A stretch of 64,000 bases of DNA, taken from positions 3,296,001 to 3,360,000 of the forward strand of contig OZ244621.1 of the NCBI GenBank assembly GCA_965218425.1, read 5' to 3'. Positions 1 through 11,153 of this stretch are shown one piece after another; position 1 is the stretch's first letter, and every line of letters starts with the position of its first letter. The position numbers and the translations under genes were made by a program. Under the pieces are notes generated by a model that had not been told where the DNA came from, ran no database searches, and saw only the letters and a list, made by a program, of their open reading frames with translations. The DNA is from an uncultured Candidatus Binatia bacterium (GTDB lineage: Bacteria; Desulfobacterota; Binatia; UBA9968; CAXXLF01).

Positions 1-1205
1 TAAACCACTGTTTCCCCTCATGGCGGCTTTCCCTCATACTCAAGCCACCAACCTCCGGGATACCTACCCTCGCTATACCGGCCTTGCCCAACTTCCCGAC
101 GTTATCGGCGCCTTAGTATCCTCGGTCCGCTGCCACCTCCTTAGGCTTGACCCCCAGACGCTTTTCACTTTGGCTCACCACACAAAGCAGTTGAGTGCTG
201 TCGTTAGGATTACCACCATGGACCTCATCGTGAACGATGACTCCACAACTGTCGTGCACCAGTTGCAACGTGCGCCCGAACTCCACGGGCCTGTTGAGCT
301 TGCCCTTGCAGGTGGCTCGTGCCTCGGCATCGTGGAACGAAACGATCCTATCGGGTATCGACTTCTTGCCCTGAAGCTTGTGCTCGGTCTGGCTCACAAT
401 CCTCTCGGCCACCTCAATTTGTTCCAAATACTTCTCCTTGTCCTTACTTGGCTCCGACACCGTAGCACAAAGTCGTTCAAAGACCTTGCCGCTCTCGTGT
501 ACCGTATGCTTGGCCAGCTTGCCCCATGCTTAACAATCTTCCCTCCCTTTTCCTTGCCCCCCTTGGGCTTCTCCCTTCCAGCCCCACTACAAGCAAACAG
601 GGCTCGCTTGGTGCCACGTACATGCTGCCGTGCGGGTAAGCGTGTTGACCGCCCGGTCAACAACACCGACATCGTTGGGATAACTGATGTGAACTTGCAG
701 CGTGGCCGAGTCGATACGAATGCGCCGGGCCTTGATCGATCGGCTCTTAACCAACGATCTGACCAGCTCCTGATTGAGCTTGGCCACCCGCTGTCGGCCA
801 AATCCGTGGTTGAGCTTGATCAAGGTGGTGGCCTCCGCTACGGCATCCATGAGCGACCAATGGCAGAAATAACGCCACGGAACTCTCTCTCACTCACTTC
901 CCTCTCAACCTCTTCGTAGCTCAAACCCCAGCGAAACTTCAGATACATCATTCGAAGGTAAATCCCTACAGGAGTGCCACGACGACCCGGCTCTCATGGA
1001 AAACCTTCTCGAAAGGCTTAAGCAATCGGGGATTATTCAAAAGCTTCTCAGCCTTGTTAACCTCCTCATCCAGTGCATAAAGAGAGGGGTGGATAAAGCC
1101 GTCGCCAGAACTGAACTGCTGAGATATGGGTGTACGCATGGTCTTATTTGTACCACGAGTCGCTAGAGATGACCCAGAAAAAATGACTTTTTCAGTGAGA
1201 ATTAG
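1..1205 (-). mobile_element. Degenerate IS5/ISNCY-like insertion sequence, transposase frameshifted; continues beyond the window start
   Basis: Minus-strand fragments from ATG at 1139 read ...GIYLRMMYLKFRWG..., RIRIDSATLQVHISYPND, DRIVSFHDAEAR, KPKEVAADRGY in different frames. Likely terminal repeat CTAATTCTCACTGAAAAAGTC ends near 1205. Confidence 0.8.
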
Positions 1206-1217
1206 TTAAGATGATTG

Positions 1218-1868
1218 TCAAGGGAGTTTTTGTCCGAAGAAGGGTACGTGCAGGCTAATATGCTCTTTCACAAGGAACTGCCCCTTGGGACCCACCCCGT
1301 GGATGTGGACCAACTTTGCGCCGTAATGGCCGGCAAGACCGACCATCACGACCGATAGCAGCAATAGAACCGTGGTAGAAGCCTGCAAGCTGAACCGCGA
1401 AAAGCGACGTGTGCAAGTCAACGTCCCTAATGGCACAGCAATTGCCATGAGATATAGAGTTAGGCTGGCAAAGAGGTCATGGCTCCACAACGCGTTTTGT
1501 GAGGCGGCAGTCAATCCAACTGTGTGAGGGTGGAAAACGTAACCGGCCAATAAGGCCCCTAGAAAGCCAAAAAAAGCCAAAACTATACCGGATCGTCTCA
1601 GGATCATTTGCCGGCGCAGCATTCCCAATAAGTAAAAGGGAAAAGCAGCAACGGTAAGTACAATGGGGAAATGTACGATCAAGGGATGAAAAGTGGGAAA
1701 ACCCTCCCTTGCTAAGTTTTCTTCCGTATGCCCTAGTTCTTTTTGGTCGACTACCTTAAGTTTCGTTGACGGTTGGTTCTCTTGATTATGTGTACCATCG
1801 CTTGGGTGAAGGACGGAGGCGGAGAGAAAAAAAGCAAAGATCAAGACAAAGAACGGAGTGCTGAGCAT
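1218..1868 (-). CDS. DUF2231-like membrane protein
   Basis: HPLIVHFPI motif, about four hydrophobic helices, C-terminal GHYGAKLV. Confidence 0.75.
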   Translation of the reverse strand: MLSTPFFVLIFAFFLSASVLHPSDGTHNQENQPSTKLKVVDQKELGHTEENLAREGFPTFHPLIVHFPIVLTVAAFPFYLLGMLRRQMILRRSGIVLAFFGFLGALLAGYVFHPHTVGLTAASQNALWSHDLFASLTLYLMAIAVPLGTLTCTRRFSRFSLQASTTVLLLLSVVMVGLAGHYGAKLVHIHGVGPKGQFLVKEHISLHVPFFGQKLP

Positions 1869-1873
1869 AGTGC

Positions 1874-2578
1874 TTAAAATTTCTCCGACCAGGGTCGCAG
1901 CTCGATGTAGGATGCCCAGGTGCTACGGTGTTGGCGGTGAAGGTGAAGATAGGTTTGAGCGATGGAATCCGGCTGGAGCATCCCGTCCGGGCCGCGTGCT
2001 TTGATCCGCTCTTGATCGCCGGCAGGATTGTAGATTCCGCCGTCGATTACAACTTGTGCCACATGGATATTCTTCGGCTGGAGTTCACGTGCCATGCTCT
2101 GTACCAGGCCGCTGAGACCAAACTTACCCATGGCATACATGGAAGAATTGGCAAAGCCCTTGATGCCTGCAGAGGCACCGGTATAGAGGATGGTTCCCCT
2201 CCCCGCTGGGATCATTCGTTTGGCTGCCTCCCGGCCGATCAAAAATCCCCCGTAACAAGTTACTAAAATGGCCTTTTGTACCTCGTCAGGATCAAGTTCC
2301 GTAATGGGCCCTCGGACTCTACGGCTCGCGTTGTAAACCACAAGGTTGGGTTCTCCGAGATCCTTGGTCACAGATCCAAACAAGCTCTCCACATCCTTAG
2401 GAACAATTGCATCACAAGGATAGGCTCGGCCACCGATCTCCTTGATCAGGCCGTCCAATTTGCCGGGATTGCGGGCCGCCACGGCCACCTTCATCCCTTC
2501 TTTGCTGAACAGTCTGGCAAGTGAGGCGCTGAGTCCCAGACCGGTTCCGACAACTAGTGCGATTTCTTGGTTGGCCAT
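1874..2578 (-). CDS. Short-chain dehydrogenase/reductase
   Basis: VGTGLGLS Rossmann motif, YNA, YAMGK (YxxxK), RBS GGAGG. Confidence 0.9.
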   Translation of the reverse strand: MANQEIALVVGTGLGLSASLARLFSKEGMKVAVAARNPGKLDGLIKEIGGRAYPCDAIVPKDVESLFGSVTKDLGEPNLVVYNASRRVRGPITELDPDEVQKAILVTCYGGFLIGREAAKRMIPAGRGTILYTGASAGIKGFANSSMYAMGKFGLSGLVQSMARELQPKNIHVAQVVIDGGIYNPAGDQERIKARGPDGMLQPDSIAQTYLHLHRQHRSTWASYIELRPWSEKF

Positions 2579-2629
2579 ATTAATCCTCCCAGGGATAACG
2601 ATCCATTTTCTATTAGTTCAACTAAGGTT

Positions 2630-2946
2630 GGAATACAAAGAATGCCTTAGCGGCAGTTCTCGTACTGGTCGTCACCTCAAATTACGCAGAAATCCGGCTG
2701 GAACTCATCGAGTGCTTTCCGAGCCAGGCGAAAGCGGTCAATCATTGCCTGGCGATGCTCAATGGAAGGGGCCTCTCCTTCACCGTCCCCCCACTGTTGA
2801 CGCATGCCGTCTGGCCAATTATCAAGGGACCGCATCCGTTCAGGAAGGGCCGGGTCTGCCAGAAGTAACTTGATGCGATCGGTCATGTTCCCCTGTACGG
2901 AGAGGGCCGGATAATGAGTGATGCCAAGCCCAAATATCTGTCCCAT
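2630..2946 (-). pseudogene. Truncated class III (LigB/MhpB-like) extradiol ring-cleavage dioxygenase
   Basis: GLGITHYP N-terminus, then LDEFQPDFCVI*GDDQYEN with TGA at the usual Trp position; a second stop follows and the rest of the gene is absent. Confidence 0.75.
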
Positions 2947-3170
2947 TGGTTCCTCCTAGACTAATGTTACACAGCAACCTTGTCCTAGAGATCTATGCGG
3001 TCCGCACCAAGGGAGCCGAGTTTGGTCCCGTAAGACAAACGATGAAGTTATATTGCGGATCCCAAATAGTGCATTAAAAATCTCCAAATGGGGCATCATT
3101 GAGAACCATGATTAACAGCCTCCTCGCCTTTTGGCAAGATATCTGAGCCAGCCGTCACCCACGTTGCTGC

Positions 3171-4143
3171 GAGCTATCATCAAAGAGTGTGGAAATAGGA
3201 GACAGGTAGGCGTACCCATTGGTAAATTCCAAACGAAAAGCTGCCTGGAGCAACAGGCAGAGAAAGGATACGCCGGTGATAGGAAAGCACAGCGGGCTGG
3301 TAGAGTCAAAGGGAGTTTTTTACGAATGCATGGAGGCATTTGCCCGGGAGAAGATTGGGGAGAAAGGGTACAGGATGTGGTGGAGCAGGAAGGAGTGGAG
3401 CGGTTGGGGAGGAACAAGAGCGAGGGGAAAGCAAGTGAAGTGGGACAGCCTGGGAATCGCAACGGCTACGGTAAGCCGCGCCGGTTCACGTTGAGCATGG
3501 GGAGCGTAGAGGTAAGAGGGGCTGGGGTAAGGAATGTGCAGGAGAGATTTAGCTTCCAGGTATTGCCGTTATTTAAGCGGCAGAGCCGCCAGGTCAGGGA
3601 GTTATTGCCGGAGCTTTATTGGCACGGTGTGGGCAGTGGGGATTTTGAGCTGGGGCTGAGGGGGCTAGTGGGAGCAGGGGCACCGCTATCGGCGTTTTGG
3701 CTTTTACGGTTCAAGGAGAAGTGGGAGGCGGACTACGAGCAGTGGGAGGCACAGGGTATGGAGGAAGAGGAGGCAGCATATCTTTGGGCAGATGGGATTG
3801 ATGTAAAGGCTGGGATAGGCAAGGAGAAGGCGGCGCTAGTATTGGTAGTGATGGGGGCGATGAGGGATGGGAGCAAGAGGTTGTTAGCATTGGAAGTGGG
3901 CTAGCGGGAGAGCAAGCAATGGTGGGCAGAGGTACTCAGGGGAGTGAAGGGGCGGGGGCTTAAGAGTGCGCGTTTTATTGTTGGGGAGGGGCATCTGGGG
4001 TTGTGGGGGGGTGCAGGAGAGATTTTTCCTGAAGCTGGGGAGCAGATCTGCTCGAATCACAAGATTCTCACGGGGTGGATGCTGTGAGTAAAAAGGATCA
4101 GGCCAAGGCCAAGGGTTATCTCAAAGCCATGATGTATGCGGAC
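3171..4143 (+). mobile_element. IS256-family relic, copy 1 (pseudogenised, truncated by an IS3 element)
   Basis: RNGYGKPRRFTL, YLWADGIDVK motifs; left IR GAGCTATCATCAAAGAGTGTGGAAA; internal TAG at 3902-3904. Confidence 0.85.
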
Positions 4144-5343
4144 TGACCTGCTCCCCTTTTTGTCCTCACGTATAAGTTAGCCGTGTTTCGTTATGGTCCG
4201 ATCCGGACCGGATTGCAAACTCCATCGGTGTGAGTCCGTCGAGGCTCGTGTGTGGTCTCTTGGCGTTGTAGTCGGCTCTCCAGTCTTCGATGATCTCGCG
4301 GGCATGGCGGTAGCTGGTGAACAGGTGTTCGTTGAGGCATTCGTCACGCAGAGGCCCGATGAAGCTCTCGACTAGCCCGTTCTGCATAGGCTTGCCTGGA
4401 GCGATGTAGTGCCACTCTACCCGGCGACCCTGCTGCCATCGCAGCATCACGTTGGAGGTGAACTCGGTGCCGTTGTCGGAAACCACCAACAAGGGATAAC
4501 CACGCTGTTGAGCGATGTTGTCCAGCTCTGTGGCGACCCGCTCGCCGGTGATGGAGTTGCTGAGGACGGTGGCCAGGCACTCCCGTGTGAAGTCGTCGAT
4601 CACGCAGAAAAGGCGCAAGCGCTGGCTGTCGCTCAGGGCGTCGGATGCGAAGTCCACCGACCAGCGCTGATTGGCCCCCTGCGGGATCGTCATCGGCACC
4701 CGGCTCCCAACAGCCCGCTTGCGGCCGCCTCGTTTGCGCACCGTCAACTTCTCCTCCTTGTAGAGCCGGTACAGCTTCTTGCGGTTCACCACCACGCCCT
4801 CCCGCAAAAGCAACAGGTGCACACGCCGATACCCAAACCGACGACGTTCCGCCACCAACTCCCGCAGCCTTTACCGTAACTCCCCGTCATCGGGTCTCAT
4901 CGACCGATACCGCTTACACCCGCGGCTCCATGCCCACCAGAGCGCAAGCCCGCCGCTGCCAGTGCCCTCTTTCCTTCATCGCCCGGTCCACCGCTCCTCT
5001 CCTGGTCCTGGGCGTCAGAAGTTTTTTCCCACCATCTCCTTAAGCGTCGATACGTCCAGCATCGCTTCCGCCAATAGACGCTTCAGCTTGGCGTTCTGCG
5101 CCTCAAGGTTCCCAAGCCGTTTCGCTTCCGACACCTCCAACCCACCATACTTCGAACGCCACTTGTACAACGTCGCGTCGCTGATGCCGTACTTGCGACA
5201 CAACTCCGCCACCCCACGCCCAGCCTGGTGCTCCTTCAGTATCCCGATGATCTGTTGTTCGCTGAATCGGCTCTTGCGCATGTGTCCTCTCCTCCTGGGT
5301 CAATCACTAACCTCGAGGTGAGGACATTCAAGGGGGCAGGTCA
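4144..5343 (-). mobile_element. IS3-family (IS407-group-like) element, orfB disrupted
   Basis: IRs TGACCTGC(T/C)CCC...TGTCCTCAC; orfA 5015-5281 (MRKSRFSEQQII), AAAAAAC slippery site, orfB with WSVDF/DNGTEF/ES motifs; stops and a frameshift near 4870-4915; no TSD. Confidence 0.92.
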
Positions 5344-5466
5344 CTTCCTTACTCTTTTGCAAATAATGGATATTCTAAAGTTTGTAGTTCGAGCTTGACG
5401 GAACTTCGGTTTTGACTATAGTGAATGGAATAACCACAATAAAGCTAGCTTTGCCCACACAAAGTA

Positions 5467-5791
5467 ATGGAAATTTCCTCAAATAATAGAGCTCTGGACA
5501 AAATATATAAGCGTCGGCACCGCTATGAGATCCCTGATTGGCAACGCGAAGAAGTCTGGGGATACTGCTAAAAAACAAAAACTCATAGACAGTATATTAA
5601 GAGGGTGGAAATTACCAAAATTTTATTTCTTGAAAACATCTGATAATCCAGAAGAATTCGAAGTTGTTGATGGTCAGCAGCGTCTTGCAACGATTTTAGA
5701 ATTTTTTAATAACGCTCTTTCGTTGTCTGCGGAATCTTCAAAGAACTTTAAAGCGCAGTATTATCGTGATTTGGCTCCTGACGTATCCGAC
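5467..5791 (+). pseudogene. DUF262 (GmrS/ParB-like) domain protein, frameshifted and IS-truncated
   Basis: MEISSNNRALDKIYKRRHRYEIPDWQREEVW, frameshift in a G run near 5557-5561, then KLIDSILRGWKLPKFYF...VVDGQQRL; AT-rich. Confidence 0.85.
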
Positions 5792-7059
5792 TGACCTTGC
5801 CCCCTAAAACGAGTCCAGGTGAAATGTTAGGGATTTTGATTTTAGGAAGGAGGCAAGGATGGCAAGAAAGCGATTTACGGCCGAGTAGATTATCCTCAAG
5901 CTGCGTGAGGCGGAGGTGAGCTTGGCCCAAGGGAAGGCGGTGGGCCAGGTGTGCAAGCAGGTGGGGGTAACCGTGCAGACCTACTACCGGTGGAGGAAGG
6001 AATATGGAGGCCTGAAGATGGATCAGGCCAAGAGGCTCAAGGCCTTGGACAAGGAGAATGCGCGGTTGAAGAAGCTGGTGGCGGATCTATCGCTGGACAA
6101 CCAGATCCTGAAGGAAGTGTCCTCGGGAAACTTCTAGGCCCGGCGAAGAGGAGACGAGCGGTGATATGGGCCAGAGAAAGATTGGGACCTGATCGAGTCT
6201 CCGAACGCCGGGCTTGCCAAGTGTTGGGACAGCCGCGATCGACGCAACGAAGAGTCCGAGAGATCCCGGAAGAGGAAGCAAGACTAGTGGCTCGGATGAT
6301 GGAGCTGGCCAGCGAATACGGGCGATACGGCTACCGGAGGATTACGGCCATGCTGCGTGGGGAGGGGTGGAAGGTCAACCACAAGCGAGTGGAGAGGCTC
6401 TGGAGGCAGGAAGGGCTGAAAGTCCTCAGCCGTCAGCCTAAGCGAGGGAGGCTCCGGTTGACTGATGGCTCCTGCATTCGCCTGAGACCGGCGCATCGAA
6501 ACCATGTGTGGAGTTATGACTTCGTGCACGAGCGAACCGAAGACGGTCGGGCCTTTCGGCTGTTGAGCAGCCTGGATGAATACACCCGGGAGTGCTTGGC
6601 GATTGATGTGGCCAGACGGATGAATCACCGGGATGTGCTGGAACGGTTAGCGGAGCTATTCGTGGAACGGGGCGTGCCGCAGTCCCTTCGGTCCGACAAT
6701 GGCCCCGAGTTTACGGCTCAGGCTATCCGGGACTGGCTCAAGGCCATTGGTGTCAGGACACTCTACATCGAGCCTGGCAGTCCTTGGGAGAATGGCTACG
6801 TGGAGAGTTTTAACGGAAAACTCAGGGATGAGCTGCTCAACCGGGAGGTGTTTGAAACCCTGAGGGAAGCTCAGGTGCTGATCGAAAGATGGAGAAGAGA
6901 GTATAACCAGCGGCGGCCTCACAGCGCCCTGGGCTATCGTTCTCCGGCACCGGAGGCCTTTCTGCCCAGAGCGCAGGCTGGGAATTCATCCCCATGGGCT
7001 GGACTCCAGATAATTCCGGCTCTAACTTAAAGGGTGGTACCACTCCTGGGGGCAGGTCA
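5792..7059 (+). mobile_element. IS3-family element, copy 1 (orfA has a nonsense mutation)
   Basis: TGA...TCA ends with imperfect IRs; orfA ATG 5859 with TAG at codon 10 (5886-5888); GGGAAAC frameshift heptamer at 6125-6131; orfB integrase core to 7030; near-identical to 57770-59037. Confidence 0.95.
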
Positions 7060-7178
7060 CATGAAGATAAAAGGAATTTTATATTGACATGCCATGGTTT
7101 TTATAATAAGTATTATAATGCTTCTACAAGGAGCAACAAGAAAGGAATATAAACCATAGGCCTCTGAAATCCAAGCAA

Positions 7179-8201
7179 ATGGCCATTTACACCCGTCTGA
7201 GCGAAAAGGATTGTTTACAGATCGCTGAAGAATTTGGACTTGGCGATCTCATTTCCTCAACAGGCATTCGCAACGGCTCCGTTAATACTCACTATCTTCT
7301 AGAAACCAAAAAAGGCCGCTTCTTCGTAAAGATCGACGAAATTAAAAGCGAGATGGAAGCGAAACAGGAAATCGATCTTATCCTGTTTCTGAAGCGGCAG
7401 GGGTTTCCTTGCCTCCAGCCCCTTCGAAGCAAGAAGGGGAAATACTATCACGAAATCCAATCCAAACAATTGTCCGTAAGCAAGTACGTGGAAGGAACAG
7501 AGTTGTCGGTGGATGCGTTAACTCCCGCTCAGTTAGAGATAATGGGCCATGCCCTGGCGGATCTACATCTTATTGGGAGAGGCTACAAAAAAGGCATCGA
7601 CAATCGATTCGCTTTCCCGAAAATCGTGATGATGTATCGGGAGTTCAGGAAGGATCTCCCCACCCATCTAAGAAACATTATTCGAGTCATGGACGATGAG
7701 GTCTCGTATCTGGAGAATTATCTAGATAATAATTTACCGAAAGGCGTTATCCACGGAGATTTTTTTGCCGATAACGTGAAGTTCAAAGGGTCACGGTTGG
7801 TTGGGATCGTTGACTTTGAAGCCACATGTCGGGGAAAGCTGATTTATGACCTCGCCACCGCGGTTAACGCGCTTTGTTTCCTGGATGGGCGTTACCGCAT
7901 CGATCGTTTCGAAGCCTTGATAACTGGATACGAAAATTTACGCCCGCTTTCATTGCCGGAGTGGGACTCTTTTCCCAACGAACTCCGTTTTTCAGCGATC
8001 CGGTTTACGATCACTCGAATTAAGGATTTTTATTTACGCAAGGTCGATGAAAGTCAAAGAAACTATAAAGATTTTAAAGAATTCTTTGATCGGCTCATGA
8101 TTCTTCGCAGAGAAAAAGACGGTGGAATGGAAGATCTCCTACTGGCCATGGCCACTGGCTACGATTACCGTAAATACCAGAAATCAAAACCCTCCAAATA
8201 G
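7179..8201 (+). CDS. thrB: Homoserine kinase type II (APH-family phosphotransferase)
   Basis: MAIYTRLS start, GSVNTHY, GVIHGDFFADN, VDFE motifs. Confidence 0.8.
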   Translation: MAIYTRLSEKDCLQIAEEFGLGDLISSTGIRNGSVNTHYLLETKKGRFFVKIDEIKSEMEAKQEIDLILFLKRQGFPCLQPLRSKKGKYYHEIQSKQLSVSKYVEGTELSVDALTPAQLEIMGHALADLHLIGRGYKKGIDNRFAFPKIVMMYREFRKDLPTHLRNIIRVMDDEVSYLENYLDNNLPKGVIHGDFFADNVKFKGSRLVGIVDFEATCRGKLIYDLATAVNALCFLDGRYRIDRFEALITGYENLRPLSLPEWDSFPNELRFSAIRFTITRIKDFYLRKVDESQRNYKDFKEFFDRLMILRREKDGGMEDLLLAMATGYDYRKYQKSKPSK

Positions 8202-8225
8202 CCCTTTTCCTAGCGACTTCTAACT

Positions 8226-8630
8226 TCAAGAGTGGTTCTTTAGGAGTCTCGAGTTGAGCCTCTTGATCTTAGATAGCGTATCCTGACGACTCAGACGGAT
8301 AAAAGCAAGGAACGTCGAAAACAGACCCAGAAAAAATAGGAGACGCCCCCCTCCCGACACCACGTAATAGAAATCCATTTTGACTCGTGACGTGTTGTAT
8401 TTTGCTCTATCCTCATTAATTCTTCTCAGTACCTCTTTGTTTTTTCGATGGTCCAGCTCTTGAAAGCTTCGATAGTTTTCCTCGAGCCCCGTTTTGGAAA
8501 TAGTTCGCATCATATTTTGATATTTGGTTACCTGCACCGCTCCCACGATCCAATTTCCAATACCCATGATTAACAGGGTCGCCGCCGTTACCAGGAGATA
8601 ATTAGAATAGAAATCCTTGGGCTTCATCAT
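8226..8630 (-). CDS. Hypothetical two-TM membrane protein
   Basis: 134-aa ORF with two hydrophobic segments flanking a polar helical loop. Confidence 0.65.
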   Translation of the reverse strand: MMKPKDFYSNYLLVTAATLLIMGIGNWIVGAVQVTKYQNMMRTISKTGLEENYRSFQELDHRKNKEVLRRINEDRAKYNTSRVKMDFYYVVSGGGRLLFFLGLFSTFLAFIRLSRQDTLSKIKRLNSRLLKNHS

Positions 8631-8857
8631 TAAGGCTCTCTGCTAGCGACTATCAAGCTCAAGGTTGAATGTCAAATCATTTCAGGAGCTGATCAATATG
8701 ATAGTGTTCATGGCATGGGAATGAAAAATGGCCTAATTCATCGATACAATGACCTTCCACTTCGCCCAATTCTTAGCCATGATCTTCTCTCAGCTCGTGG
8801 CTTTACCTTTTAAAACGAGGCCACCTCATTCTCACTTCACAAATTACCATAATTATT

Positions 8858-9846
8858 GAGCTATCATCAAAGAGTGTGGAAATAGGAGACAGGTAGGCGT
8901 ACCCATTGGTAAATTCCAAACGAAAAGCTGCCTGGAGCAACAGGCAGAGAAAGGATACGCCGGTGATAGGAAAGCACAGCGGGCTGGTAGAGTCAAAGGG
9001 AGTTTTTTACGAATGCATGGAGGCATTTGCCCGGGAGAAGATTGGGGAGAAAGGGTACAGGATGTGGTGGAGCAGGAAGGAGTGGAGCGGTTGGGGAGGA
9101 ACAAGAGCGAGGGGAAAGCAAGTGAAGTGGGACAGCCTGGGAATCGCAACGGCTACGGTAAGCCGCGCCGGTTCACGTTGAGCATGGGGAGCGTAGAGGT
9201 AAGAGGGGCTGGGGTAAGGAATGTGCAGGAGAGATTTAGCTTCCAGGTATTGCCGTTATTTAAGCGGCAGAGCCGCCAGGTCAGGGAGTTATTGCCGGAG
9301 CTTTATTGGCACGGTGTGGGCAGTGGGGATTTTGAGCTGGGGCTGAGGGGGCTAGTGGGAGCAGGGGCACCGCTATCGGCGTTTTGGCTTTTACGGTTCA
9401 AGGAGAAGTGGGAGGCGGACTACGAGCAGTGGGAGGCACAGGGTATGGAGGAAGAGGAGGCAGCATATCTTTGGGCAGATGGGATTGATGTAAAGGCTGG
9501 GATAGGCAAGGAGAAGGCGGCGCTAGTATTGGTAGTGATGGGGGCGATGAGGGATGGGAGCAAGAGGTTGTTAGCATTGGAAGTGGGCTAGCGGGAGAGC
9601 AAGCAATGAGTCGCCCTTCTCGAGGGTGAGGCTGAGAACAGCTGCCTCCAGACGGTTTAAATCTCAGGTCAATGCCGCCTGTTTGATCTGGAAGACAATG
9701 ATGATTGCGGAAATGAGTTTTAGGAAGCTGGACGCACCGCACTGGGTGGAGAAGGTAGCTGAAGGAAGAAAATACGGAGACGGGATTGGAATCGAAAAAA
9801 CCAGGGTCGCCGCCTAGATCTTTTACCCGCTATTTGACAACAGATC
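8858..9846 (+). mobile_element. IS256-family relic, copy 2 (internally deleted, both IRs present)
   Basis: 8858-9608 appears identical to 3171-3921, then jumps to the C-terminal part (ESPFSRVRLRT...RVAA); right IR TTTACCCGCTATTTGACAACAGATC. Confidence 0.85.
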
Positions 9847-10061
9847 TGTCCCTTCAGCTTTATTGCTAGGTAAATAGACCTATTAGGGGCTCCGCCACGG
9901 CCATGGGGCCGCGTAAATGCCTTCCCGAACGGCATTTATGGGTGAACGATTATGGAGGTTGACTTGGAGTATGATTCTCGGATAGTTTCTGGAACGGATT
10001 CGATTCCGGGGCGGATTTTCGCTGCCCCGGGTTGACCGTAAATCATGAGGAGGTCAAAAGC

Positions 10062-11141
10062 GTGCAGATCATAGATGCGGATACTCATATCGACGAAACC
10101 GATGCTACTTGGGAATACATGCGTACAGAGGAGATGGAGTTCAAGCCCACCACTGCCTATCCGGCGAAGTTAGACCCGTCGCGGCCTCCCATCCGTTACT
10201 GGATGATCGACGGACAGCGGCATCTACGGTTCACCAGGGACGACAAAAGGACACGCACAACCGTTGAGACTCGGGAGCTCCTGGACATACAGGCGCGTTT
10301 ACGGGCCATGGATGAGATGGGGACACATGTGCAGGTCATCTACCCCACCCTGTTTATCGTGGAAGTAACCCAGCGCCCCGAGGTTTCCGTAGCAATAAGG
10401 CATTCTTACAACCGGTGGCTGGCAAGCCGTTGCGCTGAGTCGGGGGGCCGCTTGCGTTGGGTGTGTATGCCGCCGCTTTTGAGCATGGATGAGGCCCTCA
10501 AGGAATTACGGTTTGCGAAAGACCACGGTGCCTGCGGTGTAATGAAGAAAGGGGACGTGGAGGCGGGAAAGTGGCCGGCCGACCCATACTTCTTTCCACT
10601 CTATGAGGAGGCGCAGCGCCTCGATATGCCCATTTGCATCCACACCGGCACTGGAACCCCTGACCGTCCTTCCATGAAGGACGTGTCCTTGGGGCAGTTC
10701 ATGCGCTCGCAGCTTTCCGCCATCCACGCCTTTCACACCCTGATACGCCACGACGTTCCCGGCAAATTTCCAAAGCTTCGCTTCGGTATCGTTGAAGCGA
10801 ACTCTTCATGGATCCCCTATGTTGCCTATGAGTTAAGGAGGCGTTTGAAGAGGTTTAGCGGCGGCTCCACGTTTGGTACGCTCCAATACAAGTTCCAAGC
10901 CGATTTGCTCAAGGCCAACCGGATGTATGTGACCTGTCAGGTGGATGAGGACCTGCCTGCAATCATGAAGATCGCCGGCGAGGATAATTTGATGATCGGC
11001 TCCGACTACACGCACGCTGATCAATCCATGGAGCATGACTTTCCTCGCTTGCTGCAGGAGCGTGCCGATCAAGGGGATCTTCCACCGAGCGCGGTTAAAA
11101 AAATTCTCTACGAAAACGCAAAGGCGTTTTACGGACTGTGA
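10062..11141 (+). CDS. Amidohydrolase family protein (Amidohydro_2)
   Basis: IIDADTH, ICIHTG, IGSDYTH; RBS GAGGAGG before GTG 10062. Confidence 0.9.
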   Translation: MQIIDADTHIDETDATWEYMRTEEMEFKPTTAYPAKLDPSRPPIRYWMIDGQRHLRFTRDDKRTRTTVETRELLDIQARLRAMDEMGTHVQVIYPTLFIVEVTQRPEVSVAIRHSYNRWLASRCAESGGRLRWVCMPPLLSMDEALKELRFAKDHGACGVMKKGDVEAGKWPADPYFFPLYEEAQRLDMPICIHTGTGTPDRPSMKDVSLGQFMRSQLSAIHAFHTLIRHDVPGKFPKLRFGIVEANSSWIPYVAYELRRRLKRFSGGSTFGTLQYKFQADLLKANRMYVTCQVDEDLPAIMKIAGEDNLMIGSDYTHADQSMEHDFPRLLQERADQGDLPPSAVKKILYENAKAFYGL

Positions 11142-11153
11142 TGCCGATCCGTC

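Noticed and set aside
20..919. 299-aa plus-strand ORF
   Set aside because: Antisense shadow of the degenerate transposase on the minus strand
2677..2679. In-frame TGA at a Trp position suggesting recoding or selenocysteine
   Set aside because: TGA ends many intact genes here; a TAA follows and the rest of the gene is missing, so this is a nonsense mutation
4144..7059. Composite transposon carrying the DUF262 fragment
   Set aside because: The two IS3 elements are different, the cargo is truncated, and there is no outer TSD
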